Positions 12,652 to 24,401 of a DNA stretch of 34,791 bases are shown piece after piece. The translations under genes were made by a program, and so were the position numbers. Numbering within the stretch: the stretch's first letter is position 1; every line of letters starts with the position of its first letter. This DNA is from Squatina squatina (lineage: Eukaryota), in the NCBI GenBank assembly GCA_031763465.1, contig JARFOE010000038.1:1366450-1401240 (forward strand), read 5' to 3'. The notes beneath the pieces are model-generated. The model was not told the origin of the DNA. It searched no databases and worked only from the letters and a program-made list of their open reading frames with translations.

Positions 12652-12763
12652 CTAGCTTAATAGAAAACAGGTTGGCTGTGTTGGGCGAGATACTGCACTG
12701 GACATTGAGTATTAGAAAGAATACCTCCATTACTGTGGCACTGGGAGTCTTTTCATAGTGTTT
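12652..12763 (-). CDS. MEI1: MEI1 exon (112 nt)
   Basis: ttctaatag|KHYEKTPSATVMEVFFLILNVQCSISPNTANLFSIKL|gtatga resembles human [37 protein letters not shown]. Its phase-1 end joins the next exon. Confidence 0.88.
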
Positions 12764-13510
12764 CTATTAGAAAGAAATATGGAAGTAGAAATTAAATGGA
12801 AAATAAGGCTGTTAATAGGATAGACCAAAGTAACTGTAACTCTAGGCATATGCAAATATATGCTGTTGCAGGGTTCTTTCATGCAGCCCTATCTTCACCT
12901 ATTTCATTAGTCAATCAATTAAGCAGGTGTAATAAGAGATGACATAGACCAGGAGAGATTGGACTGCCTCTGCTTCCCTGGCTTCAGTGAGATCCTTTAA
13001 TTTATACATGGAAGCTGAAAACAAACTGACTTAATTGACTCCGACATTGGAAAGCAGATGCGCATATGCATAGGATCACATAGTGCTGGGTCACAGATTA
13101 GTGCCCAGTGTCCACAGTATTAAGTACGTAATCTCAGCCATTTCACTGTGGAGGCATCCAAGCAAATTTCTTACATGGAAGCAGGTAAATCTGGAGAGAA
13201 AATCAGAACCGATAGTGCAATCAAAGCAGATAACATCCTCCCATTTGGTTAGAATTGAAATCAATTGAAATGCATTATCAGGCGTTTTCTAGAACGGGCG
13301 ACCAATCTGCAAGGTCAATGTTACACCCGGGCAATAAATTGAAAATCTAACCCAAGGAGAATGAAGGGAAAACAGAAAAAGGAGGAGAGGAAACGGGGCC
13401 AAAAAAATGANNNNNNNNNNNNNNNNNNNNNNNNNNNNNNNNNNNNNNNNNNNNNNNNNNNNNNNNNNNNNNNNNNNNNNNNNNNNNNNNNNNNNNNNNN
13501 NNNNNNNNNN

Positions 13511-13620
13511 CTGGATGGTGTTGAAATTCTTGAGTGTTTTTGGAGTTGCACCCATCCAGGCAAGTGGAGGGTATTCCATCACACTCCTGACTTGTGCCTT
13601 GTAGGTGGTGGAAAGGTTTA
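13511..13620 (-). mobile_element. LINE ORF2 fragment (C-terminal to RT)
   Basis: TYKAQVRSVMEYPPLAW resembles the LINE motif YKxxVRxxLEYxxxxW. Confidence 0.7.
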
Positions 13621-13768
13621 GTTGCCTAATTATATGCAGATTATTTTTGTTTATAACCATCCTTTCCAGCAGTTACAACAATACTGAAACAGCGAACATG
13701 TAATAAATGAACGTTCCAACAGACTCTCTGCTTCTAGTTCAAAAATCTCAAACAATATAGGTTCTTAC

Positions 13769-13868
13769 CATTTTAAAATCTCTCGAAACAATAGTAGACC
13801 TTGCTTCTGGACCTCAATGTTGTTCCCCTTCATAGTCTCTTTCAAGCTACGAACTAAGGATTCAATAC
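13769..13868 (-). CDS. MEI1: MEI1 exon (100 nt)
   Basis: ttacag|(G)[32 protein letters not shown]|gtaaga resembles human [33 protein letters not shown]. Confidence 0.92.
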
Positions 13869-14404
13869 CTGTAATTTGTATTTTAAAAAATGGGTAGGTG
13901 CCACTTGGTCTTCGACCTACAATTGTAACACTGAAGATATGTTCAGTATTGAAATACCAAGATATCTCCTAGTGACTCCCAGAGAATTGATCCAGATGCT
14001 GGTGTTATAGGCTTGAGCTAAAACCGAAGACTAGATAATATGAGGCTCTTAATCTTAAAAGGAGGGAGGATGTCATAGAGCAGGGGTGTTAAATGTACGG
14101 CCCATGGAACAGTTTCACCTGGCAGTGTACTATGCGTGGGGTTGTTGAATCTCACAGGCACTGCTTCCAGCAGCCAGGGAGAACTGCGCCTTTTAAATTT
14201 CATGCCACAGCAACGACACCGCCAACCTCCCCCCTGCCCCGCTTACATCCACTACTCCATGTCACCCTCCTTAGTGGCACAGAGAGATGGCACTCACTTT
14301 GGAATGACCAGTATTTGCTAGGTGGAGGGGAGAGAGAGAGAGATGGAGTGGGGAGGAGTGTGGGGTTGGGCTGGGCTGGAAGAGGGTGAACAGAGACTAC
14401 TCAG

Positions 14405-14686
14405 GATTACATAGGATATACGGCACAGAAACAGGCCACTCAGCCCAAACCGTCCATGCCGGCGTTTATGCTCCACTCGAGCCTCCTCCCATCTTTCTTC
14501 ATCTAACTCTTATCAGCATAACCCATATCCCTTACATGGTTGTTTAGCCTCCCCTTAAATGCATCTATACTATTTGCCTCAACTACTCCCTGTAGTGAGT
14601 TCAACATTCTTACCACTCTCTGGGTAAAGAGGTTTCTTCTGAATTCCCTATTTGATTTCTTGGTGACTATCTTATATTGATGGCCT
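14405..14686 (-). mobile_element. CR1-clade LINE 3' end
   Basis: GHQYKIVTKKSNREFRRNLFTQRVVRMLNSL...DAFKGRL. Confidence 0.85.
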
Positions 14687-14786
14687 NNNNNNNNNNNNNN
14701 NNNNNNNNNNNNNNNNNNNNNNNNNNNNNNNNNNNNNNNNNNNNNNNNNNNNNNNNNNNNNNNNNNNNNNNNNNNNNNNNNNNNNN

Positions 14787-14905
14787 CCGGGTGGCAAGTC
14801 GACAAAGAAAGCATTGGAATAGTCAAATTTGGAAATGACAACGACAAGAATGAGGGTATCAGCATCGGGACAGAGGCGAGATACTTTATGGAGGTAAACC
14901 ACCAC
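14787..14905 (-). mobile_element. L2 ORF2 fragment
   Basis: ADTLILVVVISKFDYSNA resembles L2 (L)VTSRLDYSNA. Confidence 0.6.
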
Positions 14906-14969
14906 TAAATATGCAACATTTCATGAGAAAACATAGACAGGAAATACACCTTGGCAAAAAAAAAGTAAC

Positions 14970-15084
14970 CTGGAATATCTGCATATACTAGTGCAGGAGC
15001 GTATTGCACTGGAGAGTGGACGAGTATGGAAGTCATACATTGCACACTTGCAATCTGCAGTGTTTCATCTCTACTAAGCAGCAA
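14970..15084 (-). CDS. MEI1: MEI1 exon (115 nt)
   Basis: ttttctttcag|[38 protein letters not shown]|gttact resembles human [38 protein letters not shown]. Confidence 0.93.
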
Positions 15085-16796
15085 CTGAAAGAAAACACAG
15101 AGAGAGTAAAATGCTATTGTAACTGTTGTTTAACTTGTCATTGCTGTCACTCCTTCCCTGCTGTGTTGAATGCTCCAAGGTGTTCAAGGATGGGCTGGGA
15201 TGACTGGCGTTAGAGTTTATCTCATAGGAAAGCACCTGGTTTCCGCCTGGCACCTGCCCATTTCTGCATGGTTGATATTGGACACTCATCTGAGGATTCC
15301 TGAATGCATCCTAACATTTTGTAACATCACATGTTACAGCACCAACACTCCATACTTAAGTGAATGGATAAGTTGCATTTTTAAATTAAAAGGCTAATTT
15401 GTATTGTTGGTCAACAAGACAATACATTCTTGTCTTGTAAGTAACAAAAACAAAAAAAAGATCCTACTAAAAAGTGCACAGATCAGTTCCCAAAATAAAC
15501 TTGCCTGATTGAAACAGAACATCGCTTTCTACTGAAAATAAATAAGTGGAAATTGCATTGTCAAAATCAAACATCCTGAAGAGAATAGTTATCCGTGGCC
15601 TTTTGACAAGTGAAGTCAATTCATTTCTGGGAAGAGTTCAGTCGTACTTGCAACGAGACATGCTTCTGTAAGTAAATAATTTTCTCCTCTTAAGCTGTTT
15701 TTTTCATAATTTTGCTTTATTGCTGCTTGTTTTTGGTCCGTTCATCGTGCATCTTTTTCATCTGTCATCCCAAACTAATTGCTCCACGCACTATCACCAG
15801 TATATCCTATTTGGTAAAATTGCTAGTTTGCTTTATATGAATAACGCAACATTTTTATTTTCATTTTTATTTTTAGCGTGCAGTTGCTTTACATTGAAAC
15901 TCTTTTAAAATAACATCCAGTTTACCATTGCAGAAATTCCCTATATTAGTAGTTTCATTACATCAGTAGCCAATTGATTCAGTAAGGGACATGACAGACA
16001 TCACATTGCTGCCAGACAGAGAAGACAAAATTGGTTCAGCATTTACAGAGTAACTTGTCACTCCAGGCAGCTGAAGAAAAGCGCAAATTAGAGGAAGAAT
16101 TACAGGCTGCAGGAAATCAAATGAATGGATTGTCACAAAGACTCGATGAATGAACAAAAATAAGCTGCAATAGAAGGCAAACTGATGAAAAATGACTTGA
16201 GAGAAGAAAATTAAGTTTTGCAGAAGAGCTGCAAAGACATAGNNNNNNNNNNNNNNNNNNNNNNNNNNNNNNNNNNNNNNNNNNNNNNNNNNNNNNNNNN
16301 NNNNNNNNNNNNNNNNNNNNNNNNNNNNNNNNNNNNNNNNNNACTCACCTTTCAAGTTGCAGGGACGGAGCAGAAACTGAGGTTTCAAGTGGGATTAACT
16401 TGGTTGATTTACAAGTTGCAGACAATGCAATAAGTTTCTATTTCCCCGTAATCGGTTCAGTTATTTCAGAGTCTGGTGCTGCAGCTACCACTGCAAACAG
16501 CAGATGGTGTTCTACATCGCGCAGTGTTAATATTGATCATTTATCTTTGCAAACTTGAAAGGGGAGGTTATGAGCAACGACACATTGATGCAGCAACTGG
16601 CAGATTCGATTTGCCAGCCTCGGTTTTTTGTTCTGACTCCCCCGCTGCCTCGGAGACAACGACCCGCCTCCTGACGTTACATGGGGCTGGGTCAGGCTAG
16701 GGGTCAGGGTGCGGTGGACGTTCAAAGCCAGGTCTTGGCAGGCCGGATTGAATCATTAGTGGGCCAGATACAGGCGTATTTTGGCTCGCCACTGGC

Positions 16797-17115
16797 AAAG
16801 ATGCATTTAAGGTGCAGTTAGATAAGAACATGAGGGAGAAAGGGATTGAAGGATACGCTGATAGGGTGAGATGAAGTAGGGTGGGAGGAGACGAACAGTT
16901 CTTCTGAATTCCCAATTGGATTTATTGGTGATTTTCTTATAATCATGACCTCTAGTTTTGGTCTCCCCCACAAGTGGAAACATTTTCGCCATGTCCACCC
17001 TATCAAATCCTTTCATTATCTAATGACTACTATTTAGTCACCCTTCAGCCTTCCCTTTCTGAGAAAAGAGCCCCAGTCTGTTCAGTCTTTCCTGATAGGT
17101 ATATCCTCTCAGCTC
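16797..17115. mobile_element. CR1 fragment with two oppositely oriented segments
   Basis: The minus strand reads KGFDRVDMAKMFPLVGETKTRGH...EFRR. The plus strand 16797-16892 carries the downstream DAFK..LDK segment. Confidence 0.75.
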
Positions 17116-17964
17116 TGCCCGTTACCTGCTGGTTCTGTGGTCTTTGGAGGATGGGGCAAGGGGGATACGATCACTTGCCCTTGTCTAAAGACCTGGGCTG
17201 TGCCTCTCCCTTTCATGCTTCTGCTTTTGGGTGCCCCTTGAGGTTGACCAGCGATCTGTTTGGCCACCATTAAGGAGTGTGAAGCCATCCATCTACATTG
17301 TCTCAGTCTGGTCCTTTAGACTCTTGGAAAACGAATGCTCCAGAGCAGCAGAAACAGTATGGGCAGAAAAACCGCACCTGTCCAAATAACTTGGATGTTT
17401 GCAGTAAAGGTTGAAGAACATACATGCAATGAGATAAGCAATGCAGACTGTGCCTGAATCATTTGTTGATCTAATGATTCATTATGATGTCAACTCGGTT
17501 TCATTTGAAGTACCAGCAGGTATTTGAAGGCCTCAAGTAATTAGAGCAAAAGATGGCAATGAGGAGCATTTTAAACCTCAAAAATGAGTGGAATGTAAAA
17601 CACAAACCTGAATTCAACCTGCCTGGAACCCGCCCACGTTTTAACAAAGGCAGGATGGACAGGCGACCAACCTGCTCCCAGGTTCCATCGTTTAAATATT
17701 TTAATGAGTTGTTTTACAGGGTTAGCTTGTCAGGCCAGGGGTTGGGGGGAGGGGAAGCAGAGGAAGCTCCTGGCCCATAAGCAGTGCTGTAAAAGCACTT
17801 ACCTTATGGATCCGACCCGTCTCACTTCCTTTTACCTACCAAGTTTCCCGGGTCTCAGGAAAGCGGCCAACATTAATTTAAAATAAAAAACCTTTTAAAA
17901 AGGAGTCATCCAGCCTCCTTAAAAGATTTCAATGACCAATGCACCTCTCAAGAACGGATTACTC

Positions 17965-18090
17965 GCCAACACTCCCTCAGCACTGTACTGAAGTATCATC
18001 CTGGATTATGTGCTCATGTCTCTGGAGTGAGGCTTGAACCCACAATCTTCTGACTCAACAACGAGAGTGCTACCAATGAACCATGGTTGT
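17965..18090 (-). mobile_element. SINE 5' head (tRNA-like)
   Basis: Minus strand ggttcattggtagcactctcg..tgagtcagaagattgtgggttcaagcc contains Pol III A/B-box-like motifs. Confidence 0.65.
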
Positions 18091-18337
18091 CACAGGGATG
18101 GAAGAAAAGGGAAGATAGAGAAAAACTCCAACAAAATAAAATGTCAGGTTAAGATTACTGTATACTGCATTCGTGATTAATAATTAAAAAATGGGAACAA
18201 AAATAATATTTAACTAAAAACAAAATCATTTCACAAGTAAACTAAAATGTCATGATAACTAACAACCAGAACCATTTTGTGCAACTAAAATGTCACAATG
18301 AAAATATTACTCACAGTGCAAAATATCTCAAACATAC

Positions 18338-18408
18338 CAAGGGAGTTTACTTGCAGTTCTTTGGTCTGTGCTGCCTCCATGATTGATACAAAGAGCTTAC
18401 AAAGTCTC
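18338..18408 (-). CDS. MEI1: MEI1 exon, 3' part (5' part lost in gap)
   Basis: RLCKLFVSIMEAAQTKELQVNSL-G|gtatgt resembles human [24 protein letters not shown]. Confidence 0.88.
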
Positions 18409-18699
18409 NNNNNNNNNNNNNNNNNNNNNNNNNNNNNNNNNNNNNNNNNNNNNNNNNNNNNNNNNNNNNNNNNNNNNNNNNNNNNNNNNNNNNNNNNNNN
18501 NNNNNNNNCGATTTTATCCTTTCCGCTAGGACCTTGGGACCATTCTGATTCAGGTCCCATCGAGTTCAGATGGATTGCATCCACGTATATTAAAAGAAGT
18601 TAGGGAAGAGGTAGCAGAGGCACTGTTACATTTATATAAAGATTCTTTAGAAAAGGGACTAGTGCCAGAGGACTGGCGGAAATCAATGTGATTCCTACA

Positions 18700-19490
18700 T
18701 TCAACAACAAAAACTTTCATTAATGTAGCACCTTTAACATAGCCAAACATCCCAAGCTGCTTCACAGGAGTGTTTTCAGACAGAAATTGACACCGAGCCA
18801 CATAAGGAGATATAAGGTCAGGTGACCAAAAGCTTGGTCAAAGAGGTAGTTTTAAGGAGAGCCTTAAAGGAGGAGAGAGTGGTTTAGGGAGGGAATTCCA
18901 GAGCTTAGGGCTCAGGCAGGTGAAGGCACGGTCGGCAATGGTGGAGCAATGGAAATCAGGGATGTGCAAGAGGCCAGAATAGGAAGAGCGCAGAGATCTC
19001 AGAGGGATGTGGAGCTGAGGAGGTTACAGAGATAGGGAGGGGCAAGTCCATGGAGGGATTTGAAAACAAAGTTGAGAATTTGGAAATTGAGATGTAGCTT
19101 AATCGGGAGCCAATGTAGGTCAGCGAGCACAGGGGTGATGGGTGAGTGGGTCCTGGCACAGGTTAGGACACGGGGCAGCAGAGCTTTGGATGAGCTCAAG
19201 TTTACGAAGGCCGGCCAGAAGAGCATTGGAATAGTCGGGTCTGGAGGTTATCAGACATGAATTTCAGCAGCAGATGAGGCACAGCTGAGACGGGGGCAGA
19301 GACGGGTGATGTTACGGAGGTGGGAGCCAGCGGTCTTGGCGATGGACAGGACATGGGGTGGGAAGCTCAGCTCGGGGGTCAAACAGGGCGCCGAGGTCAC
19401 GAACAGACTGGTCCAGCCTCGGACAGTGGCCAGAGAGAGACACGGAGCCGGTGGCTAGGGGAACGGAGTTTGTGGCGGGGCCTGAAGACA
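18700..19490 (-). mobile_element. L2-clade LINE 3' fragment (about 0.8 kb)
   Basis: SPITPVLADLHWLPIKLHLNFQILNFVFKSLHGLAPPYL is the L2 ORF2 motif. Confidence 0.9.
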
Positions 19491-19705
19491 ACGAGGGCGA
19501 AATCCGGCTCTGTTTTCACCCTGTTCGCGCCCCTGCCGCGGAACACCGAATTCTGCGGTGGGCGACCCGCCTTTGGGAGCCAGCGGGGGAAAATGCCGTG
19601 TCCCGCCCACTACCGCCCCAGTTCCGCCCAGGCTGAATTGTGTGCCCAATCTCTTCGCTCTTCCCAATATTTAATTGGAGGATTTGTGTTGTGACCTCTC
19701 CCTAG

Positions 19706-19825
19706 CTCTCCTGCATGTGGAAGGACATCCAGTGGCTGCGGCAGGGAATGAATTCCGCGCTCTCCTCCTCCTCCTCGGTGCTACAGACCAGGCAGAAGAT
19801 GTTATTAGCAGTGTCCCAGCTCCAG
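19706..19825 (+). CDS. ANKFN1: internal exon of an ANKFN1-family gene (ankyrin repeat and fibronectin type III domain protein; paralogue identity unresolved)
   Basis: ctctccctag|LSCMWKDIQWLRQGMNSALSSSSSVLQTRQKMLLAVSQLQ|gtatga is 120 nt, phase 0-0 and stop-free. It resembles recalled human ANKFN1 LSCMWEDIRWLRQSIPISSSSSTVLQTRQKMLAATAQLQ. Confidence 0.85.
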
Positions 19826-19964
19826 GTATGAAGTTGCTTATTGAGCTGAGGCATCAGCGTCAGGATCTAATTGGAGACAGAAGCTTTGGTCTTTAATTTT
19901 CCAGAGCATTACATTTAAACACCTTAAATTAAAATACGTTGTCCTCGGACTCTTGGGGGGGGCG

Positions 19965-20620
19965 AGTGGGGGTGGGAAATTCGGGAGCGTCCCACTTGGG
20001 GTGCCAACTTTTGAAAGTTGAAAAAAATTAGCGGCAGGCGCTAATGGTTTTCAGTTTTTTAAAAATTTGGTGTTAGCATTCCAGTCAGGAAGTGGAACAC
20101 TAAATCCAGCGCTTCGCTTCCTTCCTGGAGCGTGAAAGGAGGCACTCCGGGCGGTCGTGGTGCAGCGGTGCACAGTGGTCCGTGCAGCCCTGATGAGGTC
20201 CGAGGCTGCTTCCCTTCCTTAAAAAGGGAAGAGCCAGCGCTGCAGGCTCCGCATTGGGATCAGTTAGTTGGTGCCCGACAGCAGCCGCGATCCGGCCCGA
20301 TCAGGCCCAAAGCACTCCCATAGAGCGCTGTGCTGATCGATCGCGGCCAAAGACTATTGGGAAAAAAACTGATCTGATGCTTTCAAACAATTTTTGTAGT
20401 TGCCGGACCAACATCCCTTTCAAGTTTCACCCCCAAAGGGCCCGGCCTCCCGGACAACGCCTCCTGCAGCAGACGGTGTTTTCGCCCGACGATGCTGCAG
20501 GGAGCCGGAACCGAAGTTCAGGTCTGGGGCGCTACCGGGACGATGAGGCCACGATTTACGGGCGCAGGAGATCGTGGCGCATGGTTTTCCCACCGCCGCA
20601 AACCTCTCGGCCAATTTAGC
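19965..20620. mobile_element. GC/CpG-rich non-autonomous DNA element (MITE-like)
   Basis: GC-rich block starting ggggtgggaaatt and ending ..ccaattt. Similar termini occur near 11748-11860 and 19495-19650. No coding signal. Confidence 0.4.
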
Positions 20621-20767
20621 GGGAGTCCTTTATCTTGCCGCGCACAGTCGGTAAGTTGTTAGTGCGCNNNNNNNNNNNNNNNNNNNNNNNNNNNNNNNNN
20701 NNNNNNNNNNNNNNNNNNNNNNNNNNNNNNNNNNNNNNNNNNNNNNNNNNNNNNNNNNNNNNNNNNN

Positions 20768-20835
20768 CCTCACAACTCACATTCCCACCTAGCTTTGTGT
20801 CATCAGCAAACTTGGAAATATTACATTTGGTCCTC
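20768..20835 (-). mobile_element. CR1 RT catalytic motif fragment
   Basis: CNISKFADDTKLGG. Confidence 0.8.
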
Positions 20836-21159
20836 TGGTGAACTGCTATATAACCCTTCACGTTATAAAGGTGTGGTACCTCTTCCCTTCTCTTGTTCAG
20901 GCCTGCCAACTCCATCTCATTTCGGGCTGACACTGTCACCAGTCACATTTTTATGAAAATATACACAAATGTCAGACTATAAATTTTTAAAAAATATTTG
21001 TGACACCAAAACCTCCGGGACCTAAATCTGGGGCCAGCCAATTGGGCTCCTCCTCATCCCCCTGGGGGTGGTTGGGTGGGTGGGTTTTCAGCCCCACAAA
21101 CTCTTGCTTAAGTTGCAGAGTCTTGCCTGTTTCCTGGCCCTGTGCTCTCACTCTCTCAC

Positions 21160-21290
21160 AGGCAGGCTAGCAGCAGACATTTTGTGTGGAATCCCCGTCT
21201 TCAGTGACATCACGAGTGGGGGAGGAGGGATCTCCCGTGATTACACCGAAGGAGAGAATCTTACACAAAATGTCTGCTGCCAGGCTGCCT
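21160..21290. repeat. imperfect inverted repeat (about 55-nt arms)
   Basis: Perfect 18-bp core gcagcagacattttgtgt (21170-21187) / acacaaaatgtctgctgc (21263-21280), extended by mismatched pairing. Confidence 0.85.
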
Positions 21291-22089
21291 CTCACCAGCG
21301 GGGAAAGCTGGAACCTGCAAGGGGCAGGGAGAGGGAGGCAGGCCGAGGGACACTGACAGCGAGTGCACAGATACCTCTCTCTTTCTAACACTGAACATGC
21401 TGTCTGCGGCCAGACAGGAGGATCGATTTCCCCTTTTAATAGCCGTAGCAAATGAGTGCTGCACGGACAAACAAGTTGTGTAACCCAAGAGGAAAAAGGT
21501 TTCGCATGGAGAATAATTCACACAAGGTGGCGCTGACAGATAGCAAGTGCTTTCCACAGGAACACTCGTCTTTATGTGTCACCTCATCCCTTTATGCCGG
21601 TTCTGCCGNNNNNNNNNNNNNNNNNNNNNNNNNNNNNNNNNNNNNNNNNNNNNNNNNNNNNNNNNNNNNNNNNNNNNNNNNNNNNNNNNNNNNNNNNNNN
21701 NNNNNNNNTCTGACTCCCATGAGCAGGTTCCCAGTGATTTTGTAGACCCTGTTTTGCTGAATGAATGACGGTGTGCGTAGCTGCAATGATATCAGACCAA
21801 AATGTATTGTGTTGAAGTGGAGTGCATGGGAATGTAACAGTATGTATGGCCACAGAGTAATATACATGGCTGTGGACCAATTGCATCCGCCGTTCTTTCT
21901 CGCACCAGCACGGTAGCAGATCCCAGGTACGCAACCTGGGAGACTCCCGGGAGTAAAACTGGTGTTGCAGATCCACCACCCGTTATGGCAACCACCCAAA
22001 TGTCATTTGAAATGAAAACTGGGCTGTTTCTACAATGGATAGCCAATCTGCAACTTAAGACTTACAGCCAGGCAGCTAATTAGCAGAGA

Positions 22090-22240
22090 GGTCATTAACT
22101 CGGGGACATAGATTTAAAGTAAGGATTAGAGGGGAGTTGAGGAGACATTTTTTCACCCAGAGGGTGATAGAGGCAGAAACCCTCATCGTGTTTAGAAGGT
22201 ACTTGGACCTACACTTGAAGTGCCATAACCTACGAGGCTA
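22090..22240 (+). mobile_element. CR1 3' fragment
   Basis: TRGHRFKV..RRHFFTQRV motif. Confidence 0.75.
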
Positions 22241-24401
22241 CGGACGTCTTTTAAAATTCATTCACCGGATGTGGGCGCTGCCAGCATTTATTGCCCATCC
22301 CGAATTGACCTCGAGAAGGTGGTGGTGAGCCGCCTTCTTTAATACAAGAGCTCCTTCAGCGCTGTGGAGACTGAAAGCCCAGAGGCTGATCGGAGAGAGA
22401 TGCTGGCGGCACTGAGGAGGCCCAAAGTGGAGGTGCAGCCAATTCCCTCTGTGCTGATGCCAGGGACTGGCATCCTCTAAACGAGACTGCAGAGCCGTAT
22501 CGATGTGCACTGAGGGAACGGCGGACTTTGCGGCCAGTCTATAGGGCTTTGAGATTAAGGGACCTTTGAATGGCATTCCTCCCAAACTAACCCCTTCCTG
22601 TCCTTCCAGAGTGAGAGCAGCCTCGAAGGTACTCTGGTCACAGATTGGCTGTAGTTTCTTGTAAAACACCTGTTGCCTGGATCTCCAGTCAGTGGATCTA
22701 TTGGCAGATCTTAGCATTTTGGCCCAGTTTTACATCCTGAGTAAATCTGACATCTGACATCGTTCACTAAACCTGATTTAGCAACCACCACAACTCCGTG
22801 ACACTTTATCCACAAGTTAACTTTTTTCTAAATGGCATTTTTTTTTTCATGGCCTGACTTTTGGAATTTGTTGACTCACACCTGTCTAAGTAGCCTTGCA
22901 ATTCAAAATAAGTTAATTTAAACAGGCAATGTGAGGGCCAACGTGTCTTGCAACTTCATGCAACAATGGTCAGTGTGNNNNNNNNNNNNNNNNNNNNNNN
23001 NNNNNNNNNNNNNNNNNNNNNNNNNNNNNNNNNNNNNNNNNNNNNNNNNNNNNNNNNNNNNNNNNNNNNNNNNNNNNNNNNNNNNNNNNNNNNNNNNNNN
23101 NNNNNNNNNNNNNNNNNNNNNNNNNNNNNNNNNNNNNNNNNNNNNNNNNNNNNNNNNNNNNNNNNNNNNNNNNNNNNNNNNNNNNNNNNNNNNNNNNNNN
23201 NNNNNNNNNNNNNNNNNNNNNNNNNNNNNNNNNNNNNNNNNNNNNNNNNNNNNNNNNNNNNNNNNNNNNNNNNNNNNNNNNNNNNNNNNNNNNNNNNNNN
23301 NNNNNNNNNNNNNNNNNNNNNNNNNNNNNNNNNNNNNNNNNNNNNNNNNNNNNNNNNNNNNNNNNNNNNNNNNNNNNNNNNNNNNNNNNNNNNNNNNNNN
23401 NNNNNNNNNNNNNNNNNNNNNNNNNNNNNNNNNNNNNNNNNNNNNNNNNNATACGGTTCTTCCTCTCATGGACCAGTTGAATTGTGGGGGGGGGGGAAGG
23501 GATGTTCTAAAGATGACCAGCACATTTCAAGCCCATTCGCTTCACACAAAACATATCTGTTATTGGCAACACATTGGTGAATGACTCAGTACCTTCTAGG
23601 ATGCGCCATATCTGGACTGAAAAGGGACAGTCAGAGATTAAGCTGTTACGAATATCCCTTCAAAGATTGCAGCTGATTGGGGAACAGTTTGGACCAACCC
23701 TGCTTTCGTGTAGACCATATTTTTTCCAGCAAATACTTGGGATAACTGCTGCATGGTGCACAGAATTCATAGTGCAGTCACTACAGGGTGTGATGTACAG
23801 TTTATTGTCAGTGATGCCTTTTCGCATATACACATTTTTAAAAATGTTCATGGGATGATTTTAAAAAGAATCTGACAAGTTTTTTTTGGATGCAGATTTG
23901 AGTCATCTCTTACAAGCCACAGAATGCAATTGACACTGGCGTATTCTGTGGCAGAACAATCTCTGGTCATTGGACCATAGGATCACAGTGCTGAAAATCT
24001 GGTCTATATAGCCAGGTCCTTGCATTGCGGTTCCGATCTGTGCATTGTTTGGGGCGGGGAGGGGCGTTGTATAAAATGTGTTTTTAGAGCACTTACATTG
24101 AGTTTCTAAAGGTTATTTGTTTATTTTCCTAAATATTTCGCACTTCGAACTGCAGTATACCTTTTAGACAGTCTGTGCTTAATGCTTTGCGCACGAGATT
24201 TACTTGTGTGGGTTTTTTTGAAAATTCGATTAGATCTGTAAACTGATGGTTTGTGTATTTTTTAAAGAACACTCCATGGGTAAATACACCATCTTGAATG
24301 ANNNNNNNNNNNNNNNNNNNNNNNNNNNNNNNNNNNNNNNNNNNNNNNNNNNNNNNNNNNNNNNNNNNNNNNNNNNNNNNNNNNNNNNNNNNNNNNNNNN
24401 N

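Larger units (their letters stand above)
1109..18408 (-). other. MEI1: MEI1 (meiotic double-stranded break formation protein 1) locus, partial; 11 exons visible, others in gaps or outside the window
   Basis: Eleven minus-strand exons are collinear with the recalled human MEI1 protein. Splice phases are compatible wherever the exons are consecutive. Confidence 0.93.

Noticed and set aside
17965-18090. tRNA genes here and at 25945-26042
   Set aside because: The A/B-box-like motifs continue into SINE sequence and no complete cloverleaf is evident.
19495-20667. CpG island promoter for RBX1 or MEI1
   Set aside because: The GC-rich blocks have repeat-like termini and flank an internal ANKFN1-like exon. 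No first exon of either gene was found.
22262-22717. 151-aa minus-strand ORF
   Set aside because: No recognisable domain or MEI1 similarity, and its end overlaps a SINE-like tail.
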